DNA of 64,000 bases from contig JAKPDW010000047.1 of assembly GCA_029552245.1 (NCBI GenBank), forward strand, positions 53,935 through 117,934. Reading direction: 5' to 3'. The stretch's first letter is position 1. Every line of letters begins with the position of its first letter. The notes under the pieces were generated by a model that searched no databases, was not told the DNA's origin, and worked only from the letters and a program-made list of their open reading frames with translations. Shown here in pieces: positions 47,335-59,800 of this stretch. Both the position numbers and the translations under genes were made by a program. The stretch is from Deltaproteobacteria bacterium. GTDB lineage: Bacteria > Desulfobacterota > Desulfomonilia > UBA1062.

Positions 47335-48596
47335 CCCTTCACCTCCCCGGGGTCCGTGATGACGCCGGTCACGGCGGAGGCTGCCGCCACGGCCGGCCCC
47401 GACAGGTAGACCTCGCTCGATGGGTCTCCCATCCTGCCCACGAAGTTCCGGTTCGTCGTGGCGATCGCCTTCTCGCCTCTGGCCAGGATGCCCATGTGGC
47501 CGCCGAGGCACGGTCCGCACGTGGGCGGCCCTATGATCGCCCCGGCCTCGATGAAGATGTCGAGAAGCCCCTCCTTGAGGGCCTGGCGGTAGACCTCGGG
47601 GGTCGCGGGCAGGACGAGGCAGCGCACCCCCCGGGCCACCTTGTTTCCCTTGAGGAAGCCTGCCGCCACGCGCAGGTCCTCGATGCGCCCGTTGGTGCAG
47701 GAACCGATCACCACCTGGTCGATCCTCACGTGGCCGGCCTCCCGTGCCGGGCGGACGTTCTCGGGCAGGTGGGGGAACGCCACGAGGGGCTCTATGGAGG
47801 CTGAGTCGACGGAGACGACCCGTTCGTATGCCGCGTCGTCGTCGCTCGCGAACACCCGGTAAGGCCGTGACGCCCTCTTTGACACGTATTCCTCGGTGAC
47901 TGCGTCCGGCGCGATGATCCCTGCCTTGCCGCCCGCCTCGATGGCCATGTTGCACATGCTCATGCGGTCGGCCATGCACAGGCGCGATATGGTATCGCCC
48001 GTAAACTCCATGACCTTGTACAGCGAGCCGTCGACCCCTATCAAGCCTATCACGTGGAGGATCAGGTCCTTCCCTCCCACGTGGGGCCTGAGCTCCCCGG
48101 TGAACTCGAACTTCAGGCTCGGCGGAACCTTCATCCACGCCTGCCCGGTGAGCATGGCGGCAGCGAGGTCGGTGCTGCCCACACCGGTGGCGAACGCGCC
48201 GAGCGCGCCGTAGGTGCACGTGTGGCTGTCCGCGCCGATGACCAGGTCGCCGGGCAGCACGAGCCCCTTCTCGGGGAGCAGCGCGTGCTCCACACCCGCC
48301 TCTCCGCCCTCGTAGAAGTGTTTCATGCCGTGCTCAAGAGCGAAGTCGCGCACGAACTTGCACTGGTTGGCCGAGGCGATGTCCTTGGTGGGCGTGAAGT
48401 GGTCGAGGACGAACACCACCCTGTCGGGATGGGCAAGGGCCGGCCTGTCAGCCTTTCTGAACTCCTGGATGGCGATCGGCGCCGTTATGTCGTTCGCCAG
48501 GGCCACGTCCACCGTGACCCGCACGATCTCCCCCGTCCGGACCGTCTCCATGCCCGCGTGGGCCGCGATGATCTTCTCGGCGATGGTCATGCCCAT
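47331..48596 (-). CDS. leuC: 3-isopropylmalate dehydratase large subunit
   Basis: Aconitase-family Fe-S ligands ([11 protein letters not shown]; [10 protein letters not shown]); overlaps leuD by 4 nt. Confidence 0.9.
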   Translation of the reverse strand: MGMTIAEKIIAAHAGMETVRTGEIVRVTVDVALANDITAPIAIQEFRKADRPALAHPDRVVFVLDHFTPTKDIASANQCKFVRDFALEHGMKHFYEGGEAGVEHALLPEKGLVLPGDLVIGADSHTCTYGALGAFATGVGSTDLAAAMLTGQAWMKVPPSLKFEFTGELRPHVGGKDLILHVIGLIGVDGSLYKVMEFTGDTISRLCMADRMSMCNMAIEAGGKAGIIAPDAVTEEYVSKRASRPYRVFASDDDAAYERVVSVDSASIEPLVAFPHLPENVRPAREAGHVRIDQVVIGSCTNGRIEDLRVAAGFLKGNKVARGVRCLVLPATPEVYRQALKEGLLDIFIEAGAIIGPPTCGPCLGGHMGILARGEKAIATTNRNFVGRMGDPSSEVYLSGPAVAAASAVTGVITDPGEVKG

Positions 48597-48606
48597 GGCA
48601 CCACCC

Positions 48607-50154
48607 TCAGAGGCTCGGGGTCTTCATGGCCTTCCTGCCCTTGAGGAACTCCATGCGGTTCATCGCGTTCACGAGGGCCTTGGCGCACGCGACGAGGATG
48701 TCCGGGTCCGAGCCCTGGCCGACCGCCGTCTTGCCCTTGTCCTCCAGCTCGATGGTCACCTCTCCCTGGGCGTCGGTCCCGCCGGTGATGGCCTTGATGG
48801 AGAAGCTCTTGAGCTCGGCGTCGAAGCCCGACATCCTGATGATCGTCTTGTACAGGGCATCCACGGGCCCGTTCCCGAAGCCGGCCTCCTGTATCACCTT
48901 GTTGTCCACGGCGAGCTGCACGGTGGCCGTCGGCACGACCGCCGTCCCGGAACTCACCACGATGTTCTTGAGCTCGTACTTGGCCGGGACGCGGTAGATC
49001 TCCTCGAGCACGATGGCCTCGATGTCCTCGTCGAAGATCTCCTTCTTCTTGTCAGCGATCTCCTTGAACCTCTTGAATACCTTCCTGACATCCTTCTCGT
49101 CGAGGTGGTACCCGAGGGCCTCGAGGCGCTTGGACAGCGCGTGCTTGCCCGAGTGCTTCCCGAGCACGAGACGGCTCATGCCGAACCCGACCGTCTCCGG
49201 GGTCATGATCTCGTAGGTGGAACGCTCCTTGAGGTAGCCGTCCTGGTGGATGCCCGACTCGTGGGCGAAGGCGTTCGCGCCCACCACGGCCTTGTTCGGC
49301 TGCACGGGTATGCCCGTGATGTGGGAAACGAGCCTGCTCGTCGGGTAGAGCAGGGTGGTGTCGATGGCGGGCACGACGCCGTAGAGGTCCTTGCGGACGT
49401 TGAAGATCATGACCACCTCCTCCAGGGAGGTGTTGCCGGCGCGCTCGCCGATGCCGTTTATGGTGCACTCGATCTGCCTCGCTCCCGCCATCACCGCGGA
49501 GACCGAGTTGGCCACCGCCATGCCGAGGTCGTTATGGCAGTGCACGCTGATCACGGCCTTCTCTATCCCCCTCACCTTGTTCCTCAGGTGGGTGATGAGG
49601 TTGTAGAACTCCTGGGGGTTCGTGTACCCCACCGTGTCGGGCACGTTGATCGTCTTGGCGCCGGCCTCGATGGCCACGGTGTAGACGTCCGCGAGGTAGT
49701 CCCAGTCGGATCTCGTGGCGTCCATGGCCGAGAACTCGACGTCGTTGCACAACGAGGAACACAGGCCGACCGAGTGCTCCACGGCCTTGAGCACTTCCTC
49801 CCTGGACATCCGGAGCTGGTACTTGAGGTGGATGTCCGAGGTGGCTATGAAGGTGTGGATGCACGGCTTCCTCGCATCCTTGACCGCTTCCCATGCGGCC
49901 TTGATGTCCTCGTCCTTCGCCCTGCACAGGCCGACGACCGACGACTTGGTGATCTCCCCGGCAATCGCCTGGACCGCGTCGAAGTCCCCGGGCGAGGATA
50001 TGGGGAAACCGGCCTCTATCTTGTCCACGCCGAGCATCTCGAGCTGCTTGGCGACCAGCACCTTCTCGTGGACGTCCATGCTCGCGCCGGGCGACTGTTC
50101 CCCGTCCCTGAGCGTCGTGTCAAATATGATGATCCTGTCCTGGGATGTGCTCAT
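48607..50154 (-). CDS. leuA: 2-isopropylmalate synthase
   Basis: IFDTTLRDGEQSPGASM, HCHNDLGMAVANS and C-terminal LeuA-dimer regulatory domain. Confidence 0.9.
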   Translation of the reverse strand: MSTSQDRIIIFDTTLRDGEQSPGASMDVHEKVLVAKQLEMLGVDKIEAGFPISSPGDFDAVQAIAGEITKSSVVGLCRAKDEDIKAAWEAVKDARKPCIHTFIATSDIHLKYQLRMSREEVLKAVEHSVGLCSSLCNDVEFSAMDATRSDWDYLADVYTVAIEAGAKTINVPDTVGYTNPQEFYNLITHLRNKVRGIEKAVISVHCHNDLGMAVANSVSAVMAGARQIECTINGIGERAGNTSLEEVVMIFNVRKDLYGVVPAIDTTLLYPTSRLVSHITGIPVQPNKAVVGANAFAHESGIHQDGYLKERSTYEIMTPETVGFGMSRLVLGKHSGKHALSKRLEALGYHLDEKDVRKVFKRFKEIADKKKEIFDEDIEAIVLEEIYRVPAKYELKNIVVSSGTAVVPTATVQLAVDNKVIQEAGFGNGPVDALYKTIIRMSGFDAELKSFSIKAITGGTDAQGEVTIELEDKGKTAVGQGSDPDILVACAKALVNAMNRMEFLKGRKAMKTPSL

Positions 50155-50935
50155 GTGATCCACCCTTGAGTCCTTTCTTCTGCCTTCCGACCTGCACCGC
50201 ATACGCGCCTGCGCTCCACAGCGCCCCGCCGACGACGAAGGTCATCGTCAGCACGAAGAGCATGACCGCGGGCGCAAGCGCAACCACCACGAGCAGCAGG
50301 ACCCCCGCGACAAGCAGCTGGAACGGGTGCGCCTTGATGTAGCTCACGTGCTTGAAGCTCGGGTAGGGGACGCTGCTCACCATGAGGAACGAAACGATGT
50401 ACACGCCGAGGAGGATCGCCAGCGAGACGGTGCCGGGCATGGGACCCACCACCTTGGCGAGTTCCTCGGTGAAGAGGTAGGTGCTCGTCACCGTGGCCGC
50501 CGCCATGGGGATCGGCAGCCCGGTGAAGTGCGTGAGGGAACCCGAGGTGTCGACGTTGAAGCGCGCCAGCCTGAGCGCCCCGCAGGCCACGTACAGGAAG
50601 GCGGCGACGAAGCCGAGCCTGCCGAAGGCGTTGAGCTGCCAGAGGTACACCATGAGCCCCGGGGCCACCCCGAAGGCGATCACGTCGGAGAGGGAGTCGT
50701 ACTCCTTCCCGAACTCCGAGGTGGTTCCCGTCATGCGCGCGACCCTCCCGTCCAGCCCGTCGATGAAGCCGGATATCAGGATGAGGATCGAGGCCCAGCG
50801 GAAGTCCCCCTTGAGGGAGAACATGATGGAGTAGAACCCGCAGAACAGGCTCATCGTGGTGATGAAGTTCGGGAGAAACGGCACCCTCGGCTTGTTGTGC
50901 TCCTGCTTGTGGCCGTGCGGCCGGAAACGCCTCAT
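50120..50935 (-). CDS. pssA: CDP-diacylglycerol--serine O-phosphatidyltransferase (CDP-alcohol phosphatidyltransferase family)
   Basis: DGLDGRVARMTGTTSEFGKEYDSLSD motif and multiple TM segments. 3' end overlaps leuA start by about 35 nt. Confidence 0.85.
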   Translation of the reverse strand: MRRFRPHGHKQEHNKPRVPFLPNFITTMSLFCGFYSIMFSLKGDFRWASILILISGFIDGLDGRVARMTGTTSEFGKEYDSLSDVIAFGVAPGLMVYLWQLNAFGRLGFVAAFLYVACGALRLARFNVDTSGSLTHFTGLPIPMAAATVTSTYLFTEELAKVVGPMPGTVSLAILLGVYIVSFLMVSSVPYPSFKHVSYIKAHPFQLLVAGVLLLVVVALAPAVMLFVLTMTFVVGGALWSAGAYAVQVGRQKKGLKGGSHEHIPGQDHHI

Positions 50936-51555
50936 GCAGACCTCCTTCCAATCACGCTCTCGCCCGCTCTCACCTTCTGTCCCCGCTCGCAGACCGCCTT
51001 GTATCCCCTCGGCATCCAGCACTCCAAGAGGGACCCGAACCTGATGAGCCCGAACCGCTCTCCCATGACGGCCTTGTCACCCGGGGAGAGCCAGCACGAT
51101 ATCCTCCTCGCCACGAGCCCCGCCACCTGGTCCACGCGGAACGTGCCGTGGTCCGTGTCGATGTACACCATCATGCGCTCGTTCGCCTCGGTCTTCTTCC
51201 CGAGGCTCGCGACCTCGAAGGTGCCCGGCCTGTACCGCGTCTCCCTCACCCTCCCGGAAACGGGCAGCCTGTTGACGTGGACACTGAACACGTTCATGAA
51301 GACCGCCACCTTCGTGCACGGGCCCACGATCTCTTCCTCGGTCTCGGCCACCTCGATCACCTCCCCGTCGGCGGGGGAGACCACGATCCCTTCCCCCTTC
51401 GGCACCACGCGCTCGGGGTCCCTGAAGAACCACGTGACGAAGAGGACCGGCAGGCCGGCCAGCAGCCTTGCGGCCCTGCCCCCGAAGACGAGGGCAAGGG
51501 CGAGCACCGCTGCAGCGCCCGCAACGAACGGCAACCCTTCCCTCCTGATGCGCAT
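50932..51555 (-). CDS. psd: Phosphatidylserine decarboxylase (short archaeal-type proenzyme)
   Basis: 207 aa; N-terminal TM; FGS self-cleavage site near the C-terminus (LIRFGSLLE). Confidence 0.8.
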   Translation of the reverse strand: MRIRREGLPFVAGAAAVLALALVFGGRAARLLAGLPVLFVTWFFRDPERVVPKGEGIVVSPADGEVIEVAETEEEIVGPCTKVAVFMNVFSVHVNRLPVSGRVRETRYRPGTFEVASLGKKTEANERMMVYIDTDHGTFRVDQVAGLVARRISCWLSPGDKAVMGERFGLIRFGSLLECWMPRGYKAVCERGQKVRAGESVIGRRSA

Positions 51556-51597
51556 CTATACCCTGTCCTTCCGGCCGCACGACATCCTGGAGCGGCC

Positions 51598-53124
<1,527 letters not shown>

Positions 53125-54822
53125 TCACACCAAGAGCATGTTGTTGATGGGCGCGCCTGCGGGCACCATGGGATACACGTCCTCCTCCGGCTCCACCTTG
53201 AAATCCACGAACACGCACCCCTCCATGGACAAGGCTTTCCTGACCGCGTCTTCCACGTCCCCCGGGTCCTCCACCCGTATCCCGTGCGCGCCGTAGGCCT
53301 CGGCGAGCTTCACGAAGTCGGGCGAGACGGCCATGGACGTGTGGGAATACCTGCCCTTGTAGAAGAGTGACTGCCACTGCCTCACCATGCCGAGGTACCC
53401 GTTGTTGATGATCATGACCTTGACGGGGAGCCTGTACTGGACGGCGGTCGCGAGCTCCTGGATGTTCATCTGGATCGAGCCGTCTCCGGCGATGTCTATG
53501 ACCGTACGGCCGGGGAAGGCGACCTGCGCCCCGATGGCCGCAGGGAACCCGTAGCCCATGGTCCCGAGGCCGCCGGAAGTGAGGAACAGCCTCGGCGCGT
53601 TGAACTTGTAGTACTGCGCCGTCCACATCTGGTTCTGGCCCACCTCGGTGGAGATGATGGCGTCTTCGGGCGCCAGTTCGCGGATCTTCTCGATCACGTA
53701 CTGGGGCTTGATGCCCGTTCCCTTGTCATACCTGAGGGGCTTGTCCCTCTTCCATTCCTCGAGGCGCTCTATCCACGGCCTCACCGTGCGCTTCAGGTCT
53801 TCTATCTCGCGCTCCATGCCCGAGAGTTCCTCGAGCATGTCGCGCATGACGTTGCCGCAGTCTCCCACCACGGGGAGGTGGACCTGGACGTTCTTGCTGA
53901 TGGAGGTCGGGTCGATGTCGATGTGTATGATGCGGGCCCTGGGCGCGAACTCGTCCACCTTGCCGGTCACCCTGTCGTCGAACCGGGCGCCGATGGCTAT
54001 GAGACAGTCCGTCTCGGTCACGGCCATGTTGGCGGCGTAGGTGCCGTGCATGCCGAGCATGCCCAGCCACAGCGGGTCGTCGGCCGGGAACCCCCCGAGG
54101 CCCATGAGGGTGGTCGTGACCGGTATGTTGAGGAGCCGCGCGAGCCTCGTGAGCTCCGCGGACGCGTTGGAGAGGATCACCCCGCCGCCCGCGTAGATCA
54201 CCGGGTGTCTGCTCTTGAGTATGGTGGAGAGGATGCGCTTGATCTGCCCCCTGTGCCCCCGGTACGTGGGGCAGTACCCCTCCAGGTGCACCTTCTCCGG
54301 GTACCTGAACTGGACGAGCCCCCGCATCACGTCCTTGGGTATGTCCACGAGGACCGGCCCCGGCCTGCCCGTGGAGGCGATGTAGAACGCCTCCTTGATG
54401 ATGCGCGGCAGGTCTTCCACGTCCTTGACCAGGTAGTTGTGCTTGGTGCATGGTCTCGTGATGCCGACCGTGTCCGCCTCCTGGAAGGCGTCGTTGCCGA
54501 TGAGGCTCGTCGAGACCTGGCCGGAGAACACGACCACGGGGATCGAGTCCATGAAGGCCGTGGCTATGCCCGTCACGGTGTTCGTCGCCCCCGGCCCGGA
54601 GGTGACGAGCGCGACCCCGACCTTTCCGCTCGCCCGCGCGTACCCGTCCGCCGCATGGACCGCCCCCTGCTCGTGGCGTGTCAGCACGAACATGATGTCG
54701 TGCGCGTCCATGATGACATCGAAGATGTCCAGGACAGCCCCGCCGGGGTAACCGAACACGTGCTTGACGCCCTCGCATCTGAGCGCCTCTATGAACGCCT
54801 GTGCGCCTGTTATCTTCTTCAT
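53125..54822 (-). CDS. ilvB: Acetolactate synthase large subunit
   Basis: ThDP-binding [15 protein letters not shown]...NNG and FAD-binding region; 565 aa. Confidence 0.95.
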   Translation of the reverse strand: MKKITGAQAFIEALRCEGVKHVFGYPGGAVLDIFDVIMDAHDIMFVLTRHEQGAVHAADGYARASGKVGVALVTSGPGATNTVTGIATAFMDSIPVVVFSGQVSTSLIGNDAFQEADTVGITRPCTKHNYLVKDVEDLPRIIKEAFYIASTGRPGPVLVDIPKDVMRGLVQFRYPEKVHLEGYCPTYRGHRGQIKRILSTILKSRHPVIYAGGGVILSNASAELTRLARLLNIPVTTTLMGLGGFPADDPLWLGMLGMHGTYAANMAVTETDCLIAIGARFDDRVTGKVDEFAPRARIIHIDIDPTSISKNVQVHLPVVGDCGNVMRDMLEELSGMEREIEDLKRTVRPWIERLEEWKRDKPLRYDKGTGIKPQYVIEKIRELAPEDAIISTEVGQNQMWTAQYYKFNAPRLFLTSGGLGTMGYGFPAAIGAQVAFPGRTVIDIAGDGSIQMNIQELATAVQYRLPVKVMIINNGYLGMVRQWQSLFYKGRYSHTSMAVSPDFVKLAEAYGAHGIRVEDPGDVEDAVRKALSMEGCVFVDFKVEPEEDVYPMVPAGAPINNMLLV

Positions 54823-54918
54823 TGGCGTGTTTCCTGAAACCTCTCTATATCTATAGCATCACGGGTATTCCCCGCCACATCGCCGCGTCTCGGGCCAACT
54901 CCTTCTAGGCGACGGGTC

Positions 54919-55146
54919 TCACTTCCCGCTCCTGTACCTGCGAAGGATCTCCTCGATCCTGTCCTTGCCCTTGAGCTTGAGCTTCTGGAGCTCCTTGCGC
55001 TTCATGTCCTCCTCGGTGCTCAGGTACCTTCTCTTGCCGAGCGCCTCGAGCTTCTTCTCGTACTCGAGGTGTTCGTCCCAGAGTCTCTTGAGTTCCTCGT
55101 CCCTGGGAATGAGCTTGCGAATGAGCTGGAGATCGGCCTCTTCCAT
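54919..55146 (-). CDS. DUF465/YdcH-like small coiled-coil protein
   Basis: 75 aa; LWDEHLEYEKKLEAL pattern typical of DUF465. Confidence 0.6.
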   Translation of the reverse strand: MEEADLQLIRKLIPRDEELKRLWDEHLEYEKKLEALGKRRYLSTEEDMKRKELQKLKLKGKDRIEEILRRYRSGK

Positions 55147-55380
55147 ATGCTCCCCCCTCTCCGAACGATAAGGTTCATGTAGACCACATACAAGTCACTC
55201 TGTCAACAGAGGCTTCCGACAACCGCGCACCCGGCGAGGGCCTCCTGGGGCATCCGGCGTCCGCCTGCAGGAAGGCATGCAGAGGCGGGGCGGGGACACG
55301 AAAGTGCCTCCCCCGGGCGCGGCCCTGGCACGCCGTGCGCGATGAAACCATTCACGAGACGGACCCTCCCCCGGCCCGGT

Positions 55381-55797
55381 CTACACGAACGCCTTGAGGG
55401 GCACATGGAGCACCAAGCCCAGGGACGCGAGCAGGGCGGCTGCCCGGTGGAGGTGAATCCACCACCCCCTCGGCCGCTGGACCACGTAACGACCGAAGGC
55501 GCCGAGCGAGACGCATGCGCACAGCAGGACGAGCGTGGCCGCACCCGTCAGGGACACGATCCCGTGCAACAGGGCGTACGATACGTGGGCGAGAGCCGCT
55601 GCAAGGGCCGCGAACCCGAAAACGGGGTGCGTGCGCACCACGAGGCGGACCAGGTTCCGATACGCGGACGCGAACGAGGGCCTTCTTGCGGATATCGCCT
55701 TGACGTAGTCCCGGCTCACCTGCTTCAGCACGAAGTTCATGAGTGTCGACAGGACGGCCGCGGCCGTGCACCACCCGAGGAACGAAGCCACCCCCAT
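55381..55797 (-). CDS. Hypothetical 4-TM membrane protein
   Basis: Hydrophobic segments only; no recognisable domain. Competing plus-strand ORF looks like a GC shadow. Confidence 0.35.
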   Translation of the reverse strand: MGVASFLGWCTAAAVLSTLMNFVLKQVSRDYVKAISARRPSFASAYRNLVRLVVRTHPVFGFAALAAALAHVSYALLHGIVSLTGAATLVLLCACVSLGAFGRYVVQRPRGWWIHLHRAAALLASLGLVLHVPLKAFV

Positions 55798-56363
55798 GCG
55801 TCACAGGCCTCCCATACCCGCAGATTAGACAGCGGCCGTCTTCCCGTCATGTTCCTCTTCCGGTGTCATCATGCACACGATCGTGGGGCAGGGTGCATGG
55901 AGCGTTCTGGCACGAAGGCCTCCCCAAGGTCTCCACCCGTGCAAGGGGTACATGACCGGCCCGGGGGACGCCGTCTTTGCCTTACGAAACATGGGAGGGG
56001 GCGGGTATGGGAAGGATGCCGCGTGGACGACACACAGGGACGAGGCATATGCGTCAACCGATCGCCGTGAACAGTGCAGGCACGCATCATCGCGTAAGAC
56101 CCCCTTCCCACGTCCATCCCCCCCTTCAGGGAGCGAGCGTACCCGTCGAGGCCCCAAGGCGGTCCTTGCCGCCGTGCGGTCTCATCCCGGCCTTGAGCAC
56201 CGGGCACGCAGGCGCCGACACCCAGGCCCCCTGCCACGCCGGGAGCATGTCTCCTGGCCGATGGCGACGCGCGATCGGCCGGCCTGTCATGAAAAAACCC
56301 GAGAGTACAAGGCGATATGCGGTGCCGTAATGCCGCGAGACTCGTCGGCCGATACATGTTTTC

Positions 56364-57581
56364 GTGGATATTTATATTGCACGTCAGCCCATCTTTTCGC
56401 GGACCAGGAAGGTGGTCGGCTACGAGCTCCTGTTCAGGGGGGGCATGGAAAACTACTTCCCCGGCATAGACGGTGACACGGCCACTTCGCGCGTCCTGTC
56501 CGGCACCTTCTTCACCACGGGCATAGACAGGATAGCGGCGGGCCGCCAGGCGTACATCAACTTTCCCAGGAACCTGGTGCTGAGAAAGATCCCTCTCATG
56601 TTCCCGCCCGAGACCACCACCGTGGAGGTCCTCGAGAACGTGAACGCCGATGCCGAGGTCGTGGAGAGCCTGAGGGAGATCGCCTCGAAGGGGTACACGG
56701 TGGCCCTCGACGACTTCTCGTACCGAGACGGCGTGGGGCCGCTCGTCGATCTCTGCCACATCGTCAAGGTGGATTTCGTGCACTCGACCCCCGAAGAGAT
56801 ACGCACCATTGCCGGCGACATGCTGTCCAGGGGCAAGCGGGTGCTGGCCGAGAAGGTGGAGACGCACGCCGACTTCGAAAGAGCCATCGGCCTCGGGTTC
56901 TCGCTCTTCCAGGGCTACTTCTTCAGCAAGCCAGAGATCATCAAGGACACCGACATCCCTGCCCTCAAGATGAACCTGCTGAGGATCATGGGCGAAGCCC
57001 AGCAGAGCGATTACGATGTCGGCAGGCTGAAGTCACTCATAGAACAGGACGTGGGCGTGTCGTACAAGCTCCTGAGGTACCTCAACTCCCCGTTCTTCAG
57101 GAGGGTCTCGCCCATCACCTCCATACGCCAGGCGATCGTCATGCTCGGGGAGAAGGGCATACGGGCCTTTATCTCCATCATCCTCCTTGCCGAACTGGGG
57201 CAGGACAAACCCGACGAACTCATCAAGAGCTCGATCTTGAGGGCGCGGATGTGCGAGCTCGCAGGCAAGAAGGGTGGATCACGGGTGGACCCCTCCGAGC
57301 TCTTCATGATGGGCCTGTTCTCCCACATCGACGCCATCCTGGACTCGGACATGAAGAGCGTGCTCGAACGCCTCCCGCTGGCGGGCGAGATCAAGGATGC
57401 GCTGGGGGACCGTACAGGCCCGCTCGCACCCTACATCGAGCTCGTGGAGGGGTACGAGCGGGGTTTGTGGGAAGAGTCCGGACGGACTTCGAACGAGCTG
57501 GGCATCGACGAGGAGGATCTCCCGGCCATCTACATGGACGCCCTCACGTATGCGGACGCCCTCTTCGACTCATCCCAGTGA
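56364..57581 (+). CDS. EAL-HDOD signal-transduction protein (COG3434-like)
   Basis: N-terminal EAL-like domain (YELLFRG; DDFSY) followed by an HDOD domain. Confidence 0.8.
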   Translation: MDIYIARQPIFSRTRKVVGYELLFRGGMENYFPGIDGDTATSRVLSGTFFTTGIDRIAAGRQAYINFPRNLVLRKIPLMFPPETTTVEVLENVNADAEVVESLREIASKGYTVALDDFSYRDGVGPLVDLCHIVKVDFVHSTPEEIRTIAGDMLSRGKRVLAEKVETHADFERAIGLGFSLFQGYFFSKPEIIKDTDIPALKMNLLRIMGEAQQSDYDVGRLKSLIEQDVGVSYKLLRYLNSPFFRRVSPITSIRQAIVMLGEKGIRAFISIILLAELGQDKPDELIKSSILRARMCELAGKKGGSRVDPSELFMMGLFSHIDAILDSDMKSVLERLPLAGEIKDALGDRTGPLAPYIELVEGYERGLWEESGRTSNELGIDEEDLPAIYMDALTYADALFDSSQ

Positions 57582-57614
57582 CACAAGGCGGGCGGGTCAC
57601 CCCGACCCCGAGGC

Positions 57615-58682
57615 TCACTCGGCTGCGTAGGCGGCGACCTTGTCCCCCACCTCTCTCGTCCCGAGCCCCATCTTCCCGGCGGCCAGGGACTGTATGTCCC
57701 TCTCGAGGGCCTTCACGATACCCTTCTCGATGCGCGCGGCAGCCCGGTTTTCGCTGAGGGTCTCGAGCATCATCTGGGCGGCTGCGATGGCGGCGAGGGG
57801 GTTGATGACGTTCATCCCGGTGTACTTGGGTGCGGAACCGCCTATGGGCTCGAACATCGAGACGCCCTCAGGGTTGATATTGCCGCCCGCCGCTATGCCC
57901 ATGCCGCCCTGGGTGATGGCGCCCAGGTCGGTGATGATGTCTCCGAACATGTTCTCCGTGACGATCACGTCGAACCACTCCGGGTTCTTGACCATCCACA
58001 TGCACGTGGCGTCCACGTGGTAGTACTCCCTCGTGATGTCGGGATAGTCCTTGCTCCCGATCTCGTGGAAGGCGCGCTCCCAGAGATCGAAGACGTAGGT
58101 GAGCACGTTGGTCTTCCCCACGAGGGCGAGGGTCTTCCTCCTGTTCCGCCTTCGCGTGTACTCGAACGCGTAGCGCAGGCACCTGTCGACCTGGAAGCGC
58201 GAGTAGACCATCTCCTGGACGGCCACCTCGTTCGGCGTCCCCTTCATGGTGACACCCCCGCACCCGGTATAGACGCCCCCCGAGTTCTCCCTCACCACCA
58301 CGTAGTCGATGTGCTCGGGACCCTTGTCCCTAAGCGGCGTCTCCACGTTCGGGTAGAGTTTCACCGGCCTGAGGTTGATGTACTGGTCCAGCTCGAAGCG
58401 GATCCTCAGGAGGATCCCCTTCTCGAGGATCCCCGGCTTCACGTCCGGGTGGCCTATGGCGCCCAGATAGATGGCGTCGAACTTCCTGAGCTCCTCCAGC
58501 GCCGAGTCGGGCAGCGTCTCGCCGGTCTTGAGGTATCGTTCACCCCCGAAGTCGTAGGTTGTGAAATCGAAAGAGATCCCTTCCGCAGCGCCGACCGCCT
58601 CGAGGACCTTGATCCCCTCGGCCACGACCTCGGGCCCCGTCCCGTCCCCCGGGATGACGGCTATGTTGTACGACCGCGCCAT
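57615..58682 (-). CDS. leuB: 3-isopropylmalate dehydrogenase (or closely related tartrate/isocitrate-type beta-decarboxylating dehydrogenase)
   Basis: NMFGDIITDLGA and GSAP motifs. Start trimmed to MARSYNIAVIPGDG. Confidence 0.85.
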   Translation of the reverse strand: MARSYNIAVIPGDGTGPEVVAEGIKVLEAVGAAEGISFDFTTYDFGGERYLKTGETLPDSALEELRKFDAIYLGAIGHPDVKPGILEKGILLRIRFELDQYINLRPVKLYPNVETPLRDKGPEHIDYVVVRENSGGVYTGCGGVTMKGTPNEVAVQEMVYSRFQVDRCLRYAFEYTRRRNRRKTLALVGKTNVLTYVFDLWERAFHEIGSKDYPDITREYYHVDATCMWMVKNPEWFDVIVTENMFGDIITDLGAITQGGMGIAAGGNINPEGVSMFEPIGGSAPKYTGMNVINPLAAIAAAQMMLETLSENRAAARIEKGIVKALERDIQSLAAGKMGLGTREVGDKVAAYAAE

Positions 58683-58948
58683 GGCATATCCCCCTGGATC
58701 TTGACTTTCTTCATTCTGCACCCTGCTCGCAGACGGACGCAATGGGTATGCGCGATACACTGAAAGCTCGCCTGCAGTCAAGCCCTGATGCGCCTCGTGC
58801 GGCAGGCGTGAACCTGGATGCTGCCCGGGGGCTGCACCGTGTCTCCGGGCGATCCCGGTTTTTCATCCCCACGCGCACATGCCCGGGGAGAGGCCGCCGT
58901 CCGTCCCGGCCTTGGGGCGACCCCGCCCATGGTTCATCGCAGGCGGCC

Positions 58949-59641
58949 TCACCACCGCCTTGCATACCGGTCGAGGTAGCCCCTGATGTATCTCTCCACG
59001 CGCTCCCTTGGCGCGTAGATGCCGAAATGGCCCTCGCACAGAATGTCCGCGCCGAGGGCGAGCAGCGCTTCCATGGAGGCCCTCCAGGCGGTCATGTCCG
59101 AGCCGAACTCGGTGCTGAACGGGCCGTGGATGTCCTGTCCGAACAGGATGCGCGTGCCGTCGCGGTCCAGGTAGACCGAGACGGAGCCGGGCGTATGCCC
59201 GGGGGTGTGCAGGCAATGGAGTTCGGTTTCGCCCACGAGGACCACCTCGGACCCGGCGTACAGCCTCCTGTCCACCTTGACCCTCGGCAGCTTGACACCG
59301 TACCACCCGGCCGCGGTGGGCCCCGGGTCCCCCCGCTCGATGGGGTCGGCGTCGAGGTCGTGGGCCACGACCGTGCACCCGTATCTCTCGCGGAAGAACG
59401 AGACCGACCCGATGTGGTCCACGTGGCAGTGCGTGAGGATGAGCGTCTCGATGGTCCGCGGGTCCAGGCCCGCCTCCTCGATGTTCTCCACGATGGAGCA
59501 GGGGGCCATGCCGGCCCCGCAATCGATCATTGCCAGGTGTGACCCGTCCTCCACGACATAGATCGCCGCGTCCGATGGGTCGCTCAGGTCGGATCCCCCC
59601 ACCTGGTAGACGCCGCGTGCAACCTTCTCGTATTCGCCCAT
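58949..59641 (-). CDS. MBL-fold metallo-hydrolase
   Basis: THCHVDHIG (HxHxDH) and a downstream His (GHTPG). Confidence 0.85.
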   Translation of the reverse strand: MGEYEKVARGVYQVGGSDLSDPSDAAIYVVEDGSHLAMIDCGAGMAPCSIVENIEEAGLDPRTIETLILTHCHVDHIGSVSFFRERYGCTVVAHDLDADPIERGDPGPTAAGWYGVKLPRVKVDRRLYAGSEVVLVGETELHCLHTPGHTPGSVSVYLDRDGTRILFGQDIHGPFSTEFGSDMTAWRASMEALLALGADILCEGHFGIYAPRERVERYIRGYLDRYARRW

Positions 59642-59800
59642 GACACCCCCCGGCAGAGACGCTACGGTGGTCCGGGGCCAGGCCCCGATGCTCGAGAAAG
59701 CGCGGCCGCAGGCTTCAGACCCCTTCCCGGCGATGATACCCGATCAGGTTCACCCGGCGCAAGGCCCGTGGCCCCCCCGTCGCGATCGGCCGCGGTGTTC